Assembly: GCA_001938485.1 (NCBI GenBank)
Contig: MQRK01224578.1
Location: forward strand, 1 to 50,667
Direction of reading: 5' to 3'
Source: Girardia tigrina
Lineage: Eukaryota
DNA length: 50,667 bases
A program made the position numbers and the translations under genes. This document shows positions 12,592-25,416 of this stretch, in pieces. The stretch's first letter is position 1, and every line of letters starts with the position of its first letter. The notes beneath the pieces were generated by a model, which was not told the DNA's origin, made no database searches, and was given only the letters and a program-made list of their open reading frames with translations.

Positions 12592-12826
12592 TACAATTTT
12601 TCACAATTTTAATAAATATAATTTACTTTAAAAGGTAACGAAGAAATTAAACATTTTTATTTATCAAAGTATTATTGGGTAATATGGCAAAAGAAGAAAT
12701 TAAAAAGTATTTTTAATTAAAATACTTTTGCCATATTACCCAATAATACTTTGATAAATAAAAATGTTTAATTTCTTCGTTACCTTTTAAAGTAAATTAT
12801 ATTTATTAAAATTGTGAAAAATTGTA
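12592..12826. repeat. Perfect inverted repeat with 102-bp arms
   Basis: 12592-12693 is the reverse complement of 12725-12826; runs into an N-gap. Confidence 0.9.
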
Positions 12827-12919
12827 NNNNNNNNNNNNNNNNNNNNNNNNNNNNNNNNNNNNNNNNNNNNNNNNNNNNNNNNNNNNNNNNNNATATATAT
12901 ATATATATATATATATATA

Positions 12920-13529
12920 CAGTAACTTTTTGAGATAATGAATTTTTTTAATAATGAATTTTTATAAAAACGAGCATCCATTGACTATTTCATTAAGAAA
13001 TGCAAAAAATTGTTATAAATAATGAATTTTTAGATAATGAACGAGGAAATTTATTTAATCCTTTCGCTTTTTTTCAACAATAATTCTTATTTCAAAAAAA
13101 ATTCTAATTTCAAAAAAAAATTCTGCATCATTAAATAATAACATAAATTCATCTGAAATTTTTGACTACGATGACTTTCCAATATGTGCCGATTCTGATA
13201 TTGATAATACGACCTATCTCGAACAAATTGAATCTATAAATAAAATTGAAGAGGATGAAGAAAAACAGCAACAAGATGAGCAAGAAATCGAATATGCAGA
13301 TGCAGTGTGTTGTTTAAAAAAATTAGAAAGGTGTTTTCTGATGCATAACAACTCTGCTCTTAAAAACTTGGATGATCTAAGAAATCAGTTACTTGATAGC
13401 AAAAAAACAGAACTTTAAAAATAACAGATTTTTTTGAAAACATAAATAAACATTGGAATCTTCATTATTTTTTTTAATGAGCAGATGTTTTTTGGTCTCC
13501 GTGACGCTCATTATCTCAAAAAGTTACTG
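12920..13529 (+). mobile_element. Non-autonomous pogo/Tigger element (internally deleted)
   Basis: TIRs CAGTAACTTTTTGAGATAATGA, TA TSD; retains an acidic transposase C-terminus ending KITDFL. Confidence 0.88.
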
Positions 13530-13749
13530 TATATGGGATGACAACGGGTTAAGCTGACATAATTTTTTCAAATTGTCATTATACAGAATTTGAATGTAAA
13601 ATATTTAATTAAATGACATTGTCCAAATACTAATACCTAATTCTCATTGTAAATTTACGGCTTCTTTAAAAAGTACCTTTTATGACTTATTTTCACGCTT
13701 AACATTAAATTTCTCTATAAATAATTATTAATTAGATGAAAATTTCATG

Positions 13750-13843
13750 AAATCCTGACAGTTTGACAAATCCCGCCCGAACGCCCCAGACGAGCATTAT
13801 TACTCGGACATGTCCGGGAAAATCCGGACGTTAGGTCACCTTA
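13750..13843. mobile_element. hAT (Blackjack-like) terminal fragment
   Basis: GC-rich CCGGAC/CCGGGA subterminal motifs ending GGTCACCTTA, resembling a TAGGGTGACC-type TIR. Confidence 0.45.
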
Positions 13844-13844
13844 T

Positions 13845-14069
13845 ATAATCATTTAAAAATATTAATTTGATTTAATTATTTACAAATTTAAAAATATAAA
13901 ATTAATAAATTCATTTAAAATTTACAAGAATTAAAAATTCGAATATTAAATATAAATATGAATAAATTAATTTCAGATAATAAGAATGAAAATATTAATC
14001 ATCCATCTGAGTTGGAGAGATAAAATTCCAAATCAACACAAAACATCAACATTCCAAATATTCCTCACA
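13845..14069 (-). mobile_element. Partial LTR, TGTGAG family
   Basis: Similar to about 7845-8103; starts TGTGAGGAATATTTGG. Confidence 0.8.
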
Positions 14070-14864
14070 GTTCATACTGAATCATATAAGTAAAACGTTT
14101 TTAAAAAGCACGATTATTTCAGTTTGATGTAGGGAGCAGGGCTTCTAAAATTAATGAATTTTTATTTGTTGAGTTTTTTAATATTTCATCAGTTTTGGAA
14201 TATTAAAAGTCATTTTCTTACATTGCAATGACACTGAAATTTAATAAGTTTTGTTAAATCAATCCATTTTCCAGTAACAAAATATTCAAACAGTTCATTA
14301 ATTACCTTGGTGTTTGTAAGGGCTTATGCCACTTTCGTTATCACTAGAATCAAGATTCATAATTTAACACCAAAATTTTATTATTGACAATAATTCATAT
14401 AATTAAACAAAATTCTTGTTAATTTAATTATTTCGCCAAAATTAATCTATTAAATTTTTCTTCATATTCAATTTGCTAAATAAAATTAATTTTTCAATTA
14501 TAACGAAAAATTTTAATTAAAATTTTATCTTAAAACTAATTAATTTAAATTTGCCATAAGCCTTTTATTTAAAAATTATTTCTTAAAATATTATAAAGTT
14601 TAATTCGTTTATTATTTATTTTACAATTCTTATGTCAAATTCTTATTTCTTATTTCAATTCTTATTAAAATATATCAATCGATATATCTGTAAACATTTA
14701 TTACTTTTAAATAAGTATTTAATTTTTGATGTTTTTCCTTTATAATATCATTTTTAATTTTAAAACTTTTGTACTTATTTACTTTTTTAACACTTTCAAA
14801 TTAAAAAAATAATAAACGATTTTTGCGAAAAGCAAATTTAAACTAACTCATCATATAAAAAATA

Positions 14865-16283
14865 TATAATCTTTCCTTTCTTTGCTTCTTCATGTGTTGT
14901 TTAGCATTGACTACATAATTCGCAAGAGTTTCTCGACATAGCATCTTCATTTTAATGTCTTTCGCCTTTCCTGTATTCCATTCTCATATTAAGACCGCTG
15001 AGAAAATTTATCCATGTTTGAAAATGCGATGTGTTATTGGATTCTTTGCGGTCATCATAAAGGTAATAGATTTGTGATCTATTCACAATAAGAATCTTTT
15101 TTCAATATAAGAAATACTTAAAATGCTGAGTGAAATAATATATTGCAAGTAATTCTTTTCTGATAATACAATAACCAAGTTCATGTTTATTCATCTTATG
15201 AGCATTTTACAACTTTTGAATAGGTATTTCTCGGTTTTTATTCATTATTTCTTTGATTAGTGTACCTATTTTCGATATTTCTTTGTTGGCTGTGTTCTTT
15301 ATAATGTGATTTACGTTTGCCTACTGTTTTCCATTCATCATGTTTACCTACCGTAATGTATGCCGCAACTGTTTCTTCTTTTCCATTTTGCGTAGTTCAT
15401 ACATATTTGAAACTACATCTTTTATGTCTTTTGTTTCGGTAGCTCCTCTCAATTTCAATTCTCTCTTCACCTCATAATCGACAACCATATTCATGCAAAC
15501 AAGGTTGAGCAGCTTTTTCTTAGAAGTTTACTTTCTGTTATTATTGTTATTAACTCTTCGGCTTTTTTGAACGTTTCTTCCGGATTTGAAGATCCCCACC
15601 GGAGATTTAAAATATCCTTCATTGTGTCGAGCAAAGATTTTTCTTTCACAAATGCCATTTTAAGCTTTTCTTGAAACATATTTCCATCTGCTTCTGAAAA
15701 TTTTGTGATTGCTGATGGAGTCATGTTGATCGTCACCATCACTAATCTTCTATTTTCTGTTATACCCATAATATCCGCATAACGTTCGAAATTTTTTATG
15801 AAGTCATCTAATTTCGACTCGGATTTTTCGTGTCCCATAATGTTCGTTGTCACATGAGCTGTGGTCGCCATATTAACAACATCAATATGAGTTTTGTAAC
15901 ATTTATTATTATCACAAGCGCATTCACTATTTGACATCTCTTTTGATCAATTTATTTCTGAGTTCAAACTAATTATTTTCAATAAATGAAAATCTGTTAA
16001 TAAAAATTATTAATTATAAAGAATTTAATTGGTTGAAATTAAATCTAAACATTTTTCAAAAAAGAACATATTAAATTAATATATTAAAATTTTAAATTAC
16101 ATTAAAAAATAAATAATACATTCAAAATTATTTTAAATCTTTTTACTTTACAATTAAATTAAATTATTTTTAATTAGTAGGAATCAAAGAAAATACCAAT
16201 CATCCATCTGTGCAGGAGAGGCACAATCCGAATCAACATACAAAATGCACAATATCAACACACAATTCAAAACATTCCTCACA
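14865..16283 (-). mobile_element. Internally deleted Gypsy element: 5' LTR (15871-16283), PBS, gag N-terminus, RNase H fragment
   Basis: PBS TGGCGACCAC (15870-15861) resembles a tRNA-Arg 3' end; ORF 15937-15491 starts in the LTR; RNase H GYCIIRKELLAI at about 15140-15180. Confidence 0.85.
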
Positions 16284-16530
16284 ATAACTGTCAACCATAT
16301 TTATACAGGCAAGGTTGAGTAGTTCTTTTATAGACAATTTTTCTTTTGTTAGTGTATTCACAAGTTCTGCTTTTTGTATGTTTCTTCTGGGTTAGAGGAT
16401 TCCCATCGTAAGTTAACCAACTCCTTCATTGTATCCAGAATGGATTTTTCTTTAGTAAATGCAGCGTTCAATTTTTCTATGTAATTTTTAACATCCATCT
16501 CTGAATATGTCATAAACACAGATTAATTGA
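16284..16530 (-). mobile_element. Second gag fragment of the same LTR family
   Basis: Paralogous to about 15480-15720 (KLNAAFTKEKSILDTMKELVNLRW). Confidence 0.75.
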
Positions 16531-17102
16531 TATCTTGCTGATGTTTAAAACTCGTGATACTTGTCCTTTCGATGTACTAGGACTTTCTTGATAATATTCT
16601 CTAACTTTGTCGATGTTTCACTCCGTTCTTACAGTTTTTTCTTTAGTTTTCTTGCCTTGGTTGTCATCGAATATTGAGTCAGTTGACTTGAACTTTTCGA
16701 ATGTTCATAAAATTTTTGAAGCGTTGATAGTATTGTGGTTTTCACATTCTTATTTAAAGGCTTCAAATGTTTCTGAAAGATTTTGAGCATGTTGTAGGTC
16801 AGAACCATGAAGACACGATGATCAACTGCATATTTCGACATTTTAATCACAATTTATCACAGTTAAAATTAATTCAAAATAAAAATAATGCACTAGAAAA
16901 TTAAAAAATGACTAAAAACACTAATCTCACAATAAAACAAATTACATATTCGTAATCAGTATAAAATTATCTTTCAAATTACACCTCATTTGCATTGGAA
17001 ATCCGAGTTATGTAATTTGACCTTGATTATGTAATTTGACCCTGATGCTATACGCCGATCCCCTAAGTTATATATAAAAAAATAATCATAGGACCACCCT
17101 GG
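16530..17102 (-). mobile_element. 5' fragment of a Tc1/mariner-related element with DUF4817-type HTH
   Basis: MSKYAVDHRVFMVLTY...KTTILSTLQKF; terminus CAGGGTGGTCC near 17100; 19-bp tandem duplication at 17008-17045. Confidence 0.5.
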
Positions 17103-17379
17103 ACGAAACACATTACGCTAAACAATAATTTCTGATAATCCATGTCAGAGAACATTAAAATAATAAAATAAATCAATTCGAAAAATTGCATCATATTATG
17201 TATTTTATTTTATCATTATGATTTTCACATAGAGTACTTACACAGCTTACATTTGATTTTTGTTTTATTAAATACTTTACGAACAATTCCATTAATACAA
17301 TTCAGTGCTCCCATAAATGCGTTGCGGAACCATAAGTGAAAATACATTATAATTAATAGATCGAATCTCGATAGTAAAG

Positions 17380-18175
17380 CGGAACAAGAGACATTTCAAT
17401 AAAGATAAATTCGTAAATAATTAAAAAAATATGAATAATATTCACAAAATCGTTGAATCTTGAAGGCACAAATCTGAATTGTCGAGGAAAATAAAATGGC
17501 GATTATACAGAAAGTGTTATTCGTTTAGTAATTGTCTCCCGAAGAACTTGTTTTTCTCCAAACATGTTTCCCATCAATTTTATCACCATTTTGAGCTGAA
17601 AGTAAATGTAGTTTCTTTTGGCACAGACTTTCTATTAAACGAATGCCTGCAAAGTTTTTTCAATAAATAAAAATTTTTATTTATAATCAGAAGAAAATGT
17701 TATTCAAATTAGAATAAGTATTAATTCATCATTTTTAATAACATTCATAAAGACCGAGATCATTTTCTTTCACGGTTCGAATTATGTATCTAAAATTCTT
17801 TTGGCTTGTGTAAGAAGAAGATTCTTTCCCATCAGGACAATACATATCTCAAACTAAATTGAATGAACAGAAGTTATATCTTTTGTAATATTCATCTTAT
17901 TCGAATGATTTTGCTCACTTTGATTTTCATCTGTTTCAAAAGGTAGAAATTTTACTCAAGAGAAAAAGATTATTTTGCATAAGAAGTTAAATCAGCTGTA
18001 GACGACAATTTTAGATGTCTTGTAGAATCACTTTTTCGTAATGGAAAAAAAGTGTGGAACATTAACAAAAGAAGTGAGTTCAACTTAAATAAGAATAAAC
18101 GAAAATAAAAAATATGTAAAACATAAATTTTCTTACTTTCCTTTTTCTCTCATTTGCATTTTTAAGCATCCTCCT
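17380..18175 (+). mobile_element. Highly decayed mariner remnant
   Basis: HQDN..., SYSNDFAHFDFHLF (cf. PYSPDLAPSDFHLF) in broken frames. Confidence 0.5.
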
Positions 18176-18828
18176 ATTTATAAACCAAGTGTGATAGCAA
18201 ATTGTATAGACAGTATCTCAAATAAGATGTGTTCCGCCGATCCTCAGGTTTCCCCGAAGACCGATGGTGATAGCAGAGGTGCACAGTAGGAGTGAAAGGA
18301 ACGCGGATTCGTTGTGCTTGGACCATTTTAATTTAAGATTGGTCAGACAGATCATTTGACTTTTGAAATAAGAATCAAATGTAATAATACATAGTTCACA
18401 TTTTTGAACAGTTAGATTTTATTTAGTAAATAATCGTTGTTGAAATTTTAGGTCGTTTTAAAAAATTAGAATTGTTTGTTTTTGATAAATTACAATTCGT
18501 TTTCGATAAATTACAACCAATCAAAATTACAATCAAATTGAATGATGTTCCGCAAACAGAAAAATAGAAATCAATAATTTAAAACATTAATTTCACTAAA
18601 TTCAACTTCTCACTCGGATTAGATAGAGAATCCGAGCGAGTTTAGACAATTACAAATATCGAGCCTATCTCCATTAATAAGACACAGGTACGAACACCCA
18701 TCCACGATTTTACCTGTCAAGGAAAATTCGGCACACGAACTAGTCAAACTATCGCACTATTACTTGGCATCGGTGCAAATGTGTACGTGACTGGAATTAG
18801 TAATCAATTAATAATGTGAAATATAATA

Positions 18829-20598
18829 CAGTGGACTCCGCATATCTCGAAGTGCCACTTGCCAAAACAAATTTCGATATAACCGTAGTTCGATATAACC
18901 ATAGCATCACCTTACATTACATAAGACGCAACAATTTATCAACCATTGTGATAATGATAAAAGGACAATCTTCATATGATGAATTTTATAAAATTAATTT
19001 TAAAATATCATTTTTAATAAAAAATTCTTTACTGAAAAGACTTATTTTACAAACGGGGGAAATAATCAAGAATTGATTTTTGTACTTTTTTTTCAAATAC
19101 TGCTTGTTGAATGATTGTTTCGATATTATTCAAAGCTTTTAGTTTGTCAGAGAAGTCTTGGCATTGGAAGAAGATTCGTACCTTTTTTTATTGATTTACA
19201 TGAATCTCTTGAAGTTGTTTGATTTAGTCCTTCAGTTTTTTTCCTTCCTCACAGTCTGAGTCAGAGTTCAGTGGCTCACTCAGAGATCCTGTCGCCAAGG
19301 AGGAAACGATATTATTATAACTTAACAGTCCAGATGTTCCAATGTTGTCGTCTTCAGAGAAGTACGTTTCTGGAAGAAGATCATTCGGTATCTCCAACAA
19401 ACTCCTCAACTGCTGAAAAATGGTCTCAACATCAGGATAAAAATATGAGCTTTCTTCCACATCATCATTATGGATTTCGGAACCTTCATAATTCCGGATT
19501 TCTTCCAGCAGGATTGAAACAGACTTCTAGCCAGCTAGCCTGTATGAGGTCCAAAGCTTCAAGAAGATTCAAGAAAATATTGCTTTGCATGTCAACATCT
19601 ATTGCCACAACATATTTAGGCAACACACTCGTGCGGTAAGATCTTTTAAATGCAAGAGTAATTCCTTAATCCCATGGTTGTAATTGAGATGTCGTGTTTG
19701 GTGGAAGAAATGTAAGTCTTTTAATACCATTTTGCAAAAAATTCAAAACGAAAGTGTTTATTTCAACCAGATAATGTAATGTTTTTGTAATGTTTTTAAA
19801 TTTTAAAAAGCATTTTGCGAATCAAAAAATATTAAAGTTCTAGAATGGCCTCCGAACTCACCAGATCTGAACCCAATTGAAAATCTATGGGGAATATTAA
19901 AAATTATATCCAAAATTTGAAAGAAATAATTTTGGAAGATTGGAAAAATTTTGATCAAGAAATTATTCGAAACATGTTTGATTCCATGACAAAAAGAGAT
20001 TTCCGAAGTTTTAAAAAATAATGGAAATTTAACCAAATATTAATAAATTAAAAAATATTACTTTTTATATTAAATTTTAATTTCACTATTTATTAAATTA
20101 TAAAAAAATTGTTAAAATTGAGCGACAACATTTTGCGTTGCACTGTGTTATTTATTATCAGTGTTATCAGACTGTATTATCACGGTATTATCAGACGAAT
20201 ATTTGAAAGTAATTTTACCTTTATTTTTCAATCAATTTATTGGGATGATGATTCCCAATAATTTCGTTTGATTTGTGTTTTTCGAGAGGAGAAGATGAAT
20301 TCACAGAATCTTATATTTTCAAAACAGTTTCATAAAAATTTTTAAATTTTACACATTAAAACAATCGACAAAGTTATCACAAAGTTGTTTTTTTTTAATT
20401 TTTTTTAAAGTGTATTGACTTCGCTATACCAATAGTAAAATTTGGTTCGTACATTACAGTAACTTCGATTAATCCGTAATTTCGATATAGCCATAGTTTG
20501 TTATAAGTATAGCTTTTTGTCCAAAAAAGCCCCGATATTTAGTCGGTACAATAACATATATTCGATATATCCGTCTACGATATATACGGAGTGCACTG
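18829..20598 (-). mobile_element. pogo/Tigger element (deleted) with nested Tc1 fragment
   Basis: TIRs CAGTGGACTCCG / CGGAGTGCACTG with TA TSD; DDE_1 remnant FLPPNTTSQLQPWD; internal CGATATA subterminal repeats. Confidence 0.85.
19725..20146 (+). mobile_element. Tc1 3' fragment nested in Tigger
   Basis: [22 protein letters not shown]; ends ...GCACTG. Confidence 0.8.
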
Positions 20599-21029
20599 TA
20601 ATAATAACTATAATCTCTTTGTTCGTAAAACAAACAGGAAGCAAAAAGTTTAAATTCAAAGTTTATTATTTTAATTATTAACTTTTAATTCTTTTTTCAT
20701 TTAATTATTTAATGTAATCCTTTTAATTCATATCTTATATATATATATATATATANNNNNNNNNNNNNNNNNNNNNNNNNNNNNNNNNNNNNNNNNNNNN
20801 NNNNNNNNNNNATATTCGTCTTGGCAGTGGAGACGATTGAGAGTCAAATATAAATAGCAATATAATAATTAGAATTTAAATTCCGAACAAGATGAAAAAT
20901 TATCTAATAAAATTAAGTCAAAAATTTATAGTAATAGGTTGATAAGAAAGTTCTAGCGTTTTTGATTAATCGAAAAACTTAAAATAAATTCAAAGAAAAA
21001 CAAAATATAATTTACTAACAACAGCTCAA

Positions 21030-22230
21030 GCACTCATAAGAAATCATCAGCACTAATCAAAATAAGCACCATCGTTGTTGATCACTTTTTTCCATCTTTC
21101 AGGGTTAACATACCACATTTGTAAAATTTAGCAGGCTGTGATCCAAGGAAAGATTTCAGTTAGATCTCCGACTCGGTATCATTACTGAATTATTTTTGAA
21201 CCAGAGAATTGCTTTAACGATCCAAACAGATGAAAGTCTGATGGTGACAAGTCCATTCTATATGTAGGATGAATCTAATCGGGACCCAGCTAGGTTAAAG
21301 CACTTTTTGGAACGACATATAATCGAGCATTGTCGGGCAGGCATCTAATCGCCCAATCAATAGACCGCAGTTCCTTTTTCTTAGAGAATAGTCTGTCCAA
21401 TTGTGCATAATAAAGCTCAGATGTGATCCTTGTGTTTGGTGGAAGAAGTTCATATAGCAGAACATCCCTGCTGTGCCACCATATGGACAATATGACCTTT
21501 CGCAGATGTAGACCAGGCTATGGTTGATACGCAGGTTAATCAGATAGATTCAGCAAGGAACATCGGTGTTTTATGTTGCCCTACTAAACCCATTTCTTAT
21601 CGCTGGTGAAAATGCTGTTCAACCATTCAGCCGATGGATAAAATGAGGAGGAGAAGTGGAGACTATTGTTCGGTGTTTATGATCAAAATCCGGAAAATTA
21701 TGCGGAAGTCACTTGTCAAGCTTGGACATCTTTGCAATAGTGTATAAATAGGCTATGACTGTCGGCTGAGTCAAGTCCATCATTGGGGCGATTTCACGGG
21801 ATATCAAGTATGGTACATCTTAAACAAGTTGGAGCAACCTATCATTATCAAAATCCGATGGTCGACCTTATCAAGATAGGGTTTTTGAGACAGAAGTCAC
21901 AGGAGCAAACCCTTATAAACTAATGTTAGACATCTCGTAAGGATATTACTTCTTCTTCAAAGGCATCAGTTATGAGACGAATTAATTACATGGCTTTTAA
22001 CCCTGAATTGAAATTGTAAAGAAACACGAATCATCGGCTTTGATAAAGAAATTTCTTTTTGTGTAAACGTTTTCGGTCATGTCAAGTTCTGCAATAAAAA
22101 ATGTATTGCAATAAAATAAATAATGCGGAACCTTCTTCAAGCACACATTTAACTTTTATAACTTTTGTTTAAACATTTGAAAACAATTAGCATTTATAAA
22201 AAATGCAAGAACTTTCGTATCAACAAAATA
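21030..22230 (-). mobile_element. Decayed mariner element
   Basis: IFTSDKKW, KVILSIWWHSRDVLLYELLPPN, DNAR, PSDFHLF; TIR-like TTTTGTTGATACGAAAGTTC near 22228. Confidence 0.8.
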
Positions 22231-22749
22231 TAAAAGAATGATAGGAATGATGTTACTCAACACAACATTTTTTAAAGTACACTTTTAAAAATATTTTACA
22301 TCTGCAAAAGATTTTTTTATTTGTGAGATGGAACTACTTAAATTTTAAGTATTTAGTCATTTTGAAGTTCTTGTATTAAAATTATGCCAATGGGTAAATA
22401 ATATTACATGTTACATTAAAAAATACGAAAATCAAGATGAGATTAATTGGGAAATTGAATTTTTAAAATTAAGGAAACATCTTGATACATCATGAGAGGA
22501 TTTTCATCAAGATATTTTTAATAAAACACTTAAAACTATACTTGAATGTCCAAAGTGATTAGTCATATCATATAAAAGTATTTTTTAAAAAATGATAAAT
22601 TGCTTAATAATCAATAGAAATAATAGAACTATACTCATAACTGAAAACACCTTAGTGGAGAAACACGTTTCGTGCTTAAAATATATAAGATTTTTAGAAT
22701 TTTGTCTTTGATTCAATTTATTGATTAACACTTTATCAATGAATTTCAA

Positions 22750-23450
22750 TAACCAATTTCACAGCGTGATATTTCCTCTACCTCTCGTGAAAGGGTTTAG
22801 AGAATACTTAGACTTTGATCTGCAAGATCCACTCCAAGGGTACTGTAAAATTGTCACTGACAGTAATGCAACGTCAGCATATTTAACTATGTACACAGTG
22901 ATACAAACTCTAACACTTTTCTTGCTTCTCCAAAACTTCTTCTAAGATAAGGGTTGAAGCATTACTCATCAAGTAGGATGATCTTGGAATTGTCAATGGA
23001 TGACCTAGTAAGAAAATCAGTTACATATATTTTTCCTGAGATTCAATGTTTCCTCGTTATTTATCCTATCAAGAAACAATTTTGTCTTTTTTAGGGTACT
23101 TTTGATTAATGAAAGTGTTTTTCTTATATTTTCTATTGATGGACTTAATCGAAAAGATTCAGTGCATTTTAAAAATATTTTTACGAGTTATTATCGGATC
23201 CTACTGAAAAACGTTTTGAATGTACGAAAGCACTTCGTAAGTGATCTAATAACTAGTTTTTTTGTTTTGGACAGTTTGAACTCTAATCCAAACTTTCTGA
23301 AAGGTTCAACTATGGAAAAGGCAGTTTTTCCTTGAGGTGTTTAGCAACATCTGTCAATTTAAAACCCTTTTCACAGACATTTAAAATATTAACGTGTCTA
23401 ACCTCACCCATTATCTTATTATAAAAAACTTCTTAATTTACACTTGAATC
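22750..23450 (-). mobile_element. Possible decayed non-LTR (R2/NeSL-like) RT thumb remnant
   Basis: Broken frames VEPFRKFGLEFKLSKTK...FLDRIN...LRK...GHPLTIPRS; motif resemblance only. Confidence 0.3.
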
Positions 23451-23557
23451 GAAGATATTCTTCTCATTAAGAAGTTTTCTAAAAATCATAAATAATATTT
23501 AAAAATTCTAAAATAATATTTGAAAAAACTGAAATGACAATTGAAATGCAACACATA

Positions 23558-24080
23558 CAGTCAAGGCCATAATTCACCGGCCAATCTTGCATTTTAAAAA
23601 AATTAATATCTAAATGAGTGTGTGTAAGTGCATGTATATAATTTTCTTAACCAACATCCAATAAGAATACAGCTTTAGTAGCATACCCACTATGATATTA
23701 TGATATACAAAAGTATTTGTGTCAAGTATTTGTGACTATTCCGACATGACTGGCAACCAACTTTTACCCACTCTGAGAGCACAAATTGTCGCTTTACACG
23801 ACACTGGAGTCTCGAACCGTGCAATTGCCTTGTGATTCAATATTAACCGCGCTACAGTAGCCGACACTCTCCGTCTTCATCAAGCCACCGGCGCCTTTGC
23901 CTAAGTGAAACACAGTGGATGAACCAGTTGTGTTGAGGTGAGATTCATCACCTGTGTTTTACTCGCGTCTCACAAGAACTGAAAATAGCACTAATAAACG
24001 GAGACATAAGTCCATTGCGGTTTTTTTGCAACCACCTCAACATAATTAACTTCGACATATCAAGCTCATTGTAGCAGTGT
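23558..24080 (+). mobile_element. Tc1-like element 5' fragment (HTH)
   Basis: TA|CAGTCAAGGCC terminus; MTGNQLLPTLRAQIVALHDTGVSNRAIA*..NRATVADTLRLHQATG. Confidence 0.7.
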
Positions 24081-24523
24081 AAAGTAATGAAGTCGACTTG
24101 AATATATTTTTGTGTATATTTTTGGTTTTTTTTATTTTTTATTATTATTAATTTTTGAGTATATTTTTAGTTTTTTTTTATTTTTTTATTTAGTAATTTA
24201 ATTTATCTAGTAAATTTCCAAAAAAAAGCGAAATTAAATAAATAAATTTATATGTATATTTTTGGTTTAGTAAATATTTAGTAATTTAAATTAATAAATT
24301 CCAACGCGAAATTAATTCTGCGCGAAATTAATTCCACATCCCTTTATTATGCTCATTCTGGTTAGGTAATCGAAATTAATTTATAAAATAATTAATTTTA
24401 AATGACTCAGTGTCTTCATGTGACAACTTACAAATTTATTTCATGTTTATTCACAATTATTAGAATTATTATTAGTATAAGTATTAAAAGATTTAGTACT
24501 ATTCTTGTTGATCATAAATTTAC

Positions 24524-25017
24524 CTTGATTGTTTCGATTATATTTAGTCAAGAAAGCAGCAATTAAGAGATTTCCATAATGAATTCTTTCGAAATAAGAA
24601 AGGTATCGTTTTGAAGCATTGACAGATGTTAATGGATAGATCCTTTCAAAATGACCTCTTCTCTCGTATTCATCCAGACATTGAATTATCAGTCTTACGT
24701 CTTTTGGTGTTAAGCAATCTAAAATTTGATATGGGATGTTATCTGACTGATCGAATCTGAAATCAGATCCATTAGTTGCAACAGACACGAAATGCTTCAT
24801 TTTGGCTTTTTCGTCTTCACTTGTTTCATATATCCAAAATCGACGATCTATAAATAAATCAGAAGTAGGAAATGTTATATTTTCAGGAGACTTTGATGCC
24901 CCATTCGAGTTTGATTCAACATCCATTGGTTCAGGAAGAATGAAACCACTGAGATTCAACATGTCTTTTATCATTCCACCTTTAATAATGACATCAAGAG
25001 GTGAATCAGAATGCAGA
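24524..25017 (-). CDS. TTLL4: TTLL4-like exon i (last exon identified)
   Basis: LHSDSPLDVIIKGGMIKDMLNLSGFILP...LTPKDVR...DEYERRGHFERIYP...KYNRNNQ(G); donor gtaaat at 24523; read-through would stop at 24447. Confidence 0.9.
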
Positions 25018-25416
25018 CTGAAAAATAAATATTAATTTAATTCTAAAATTATTACTTTTTTATATTTGATCGTATTTTAATTAACAAGATTATCTCAACA
25101 ATTCATTAATATAATTTATTTTTTTTCGACATTGAAAAACTATCACTGCAATATCCATATATACTAAATTCGTCAAATAATTCGTTCTCAATAGAACGTC
25201 TTGAAGTGTTTAGTCCATTGAGAGAACGAAAATTTCAAACAAAAACAATGAATGGTGAGTCTATATGGTTTTAAATTTTTAAATAATAATTTTATAATAA
25301 AATTTTTATTTAATGCTTATATTTTTATTTATTGCGAAAAAGTATTTTTAAAATTTCTATAATTTAAAACTTACTAACCGTTTATAGTTTTTGTTTAAAC
25401 TTTTCGTTCTGAAAAG

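Noticed and set aside
23310-23420. Minus-strand NILNVCEKGF...LPFP* as the next TTLL4 exon
   Set aside because: No phase-1 acceptor upstream of the similar residues, and the region overlaps a probable RT remnant
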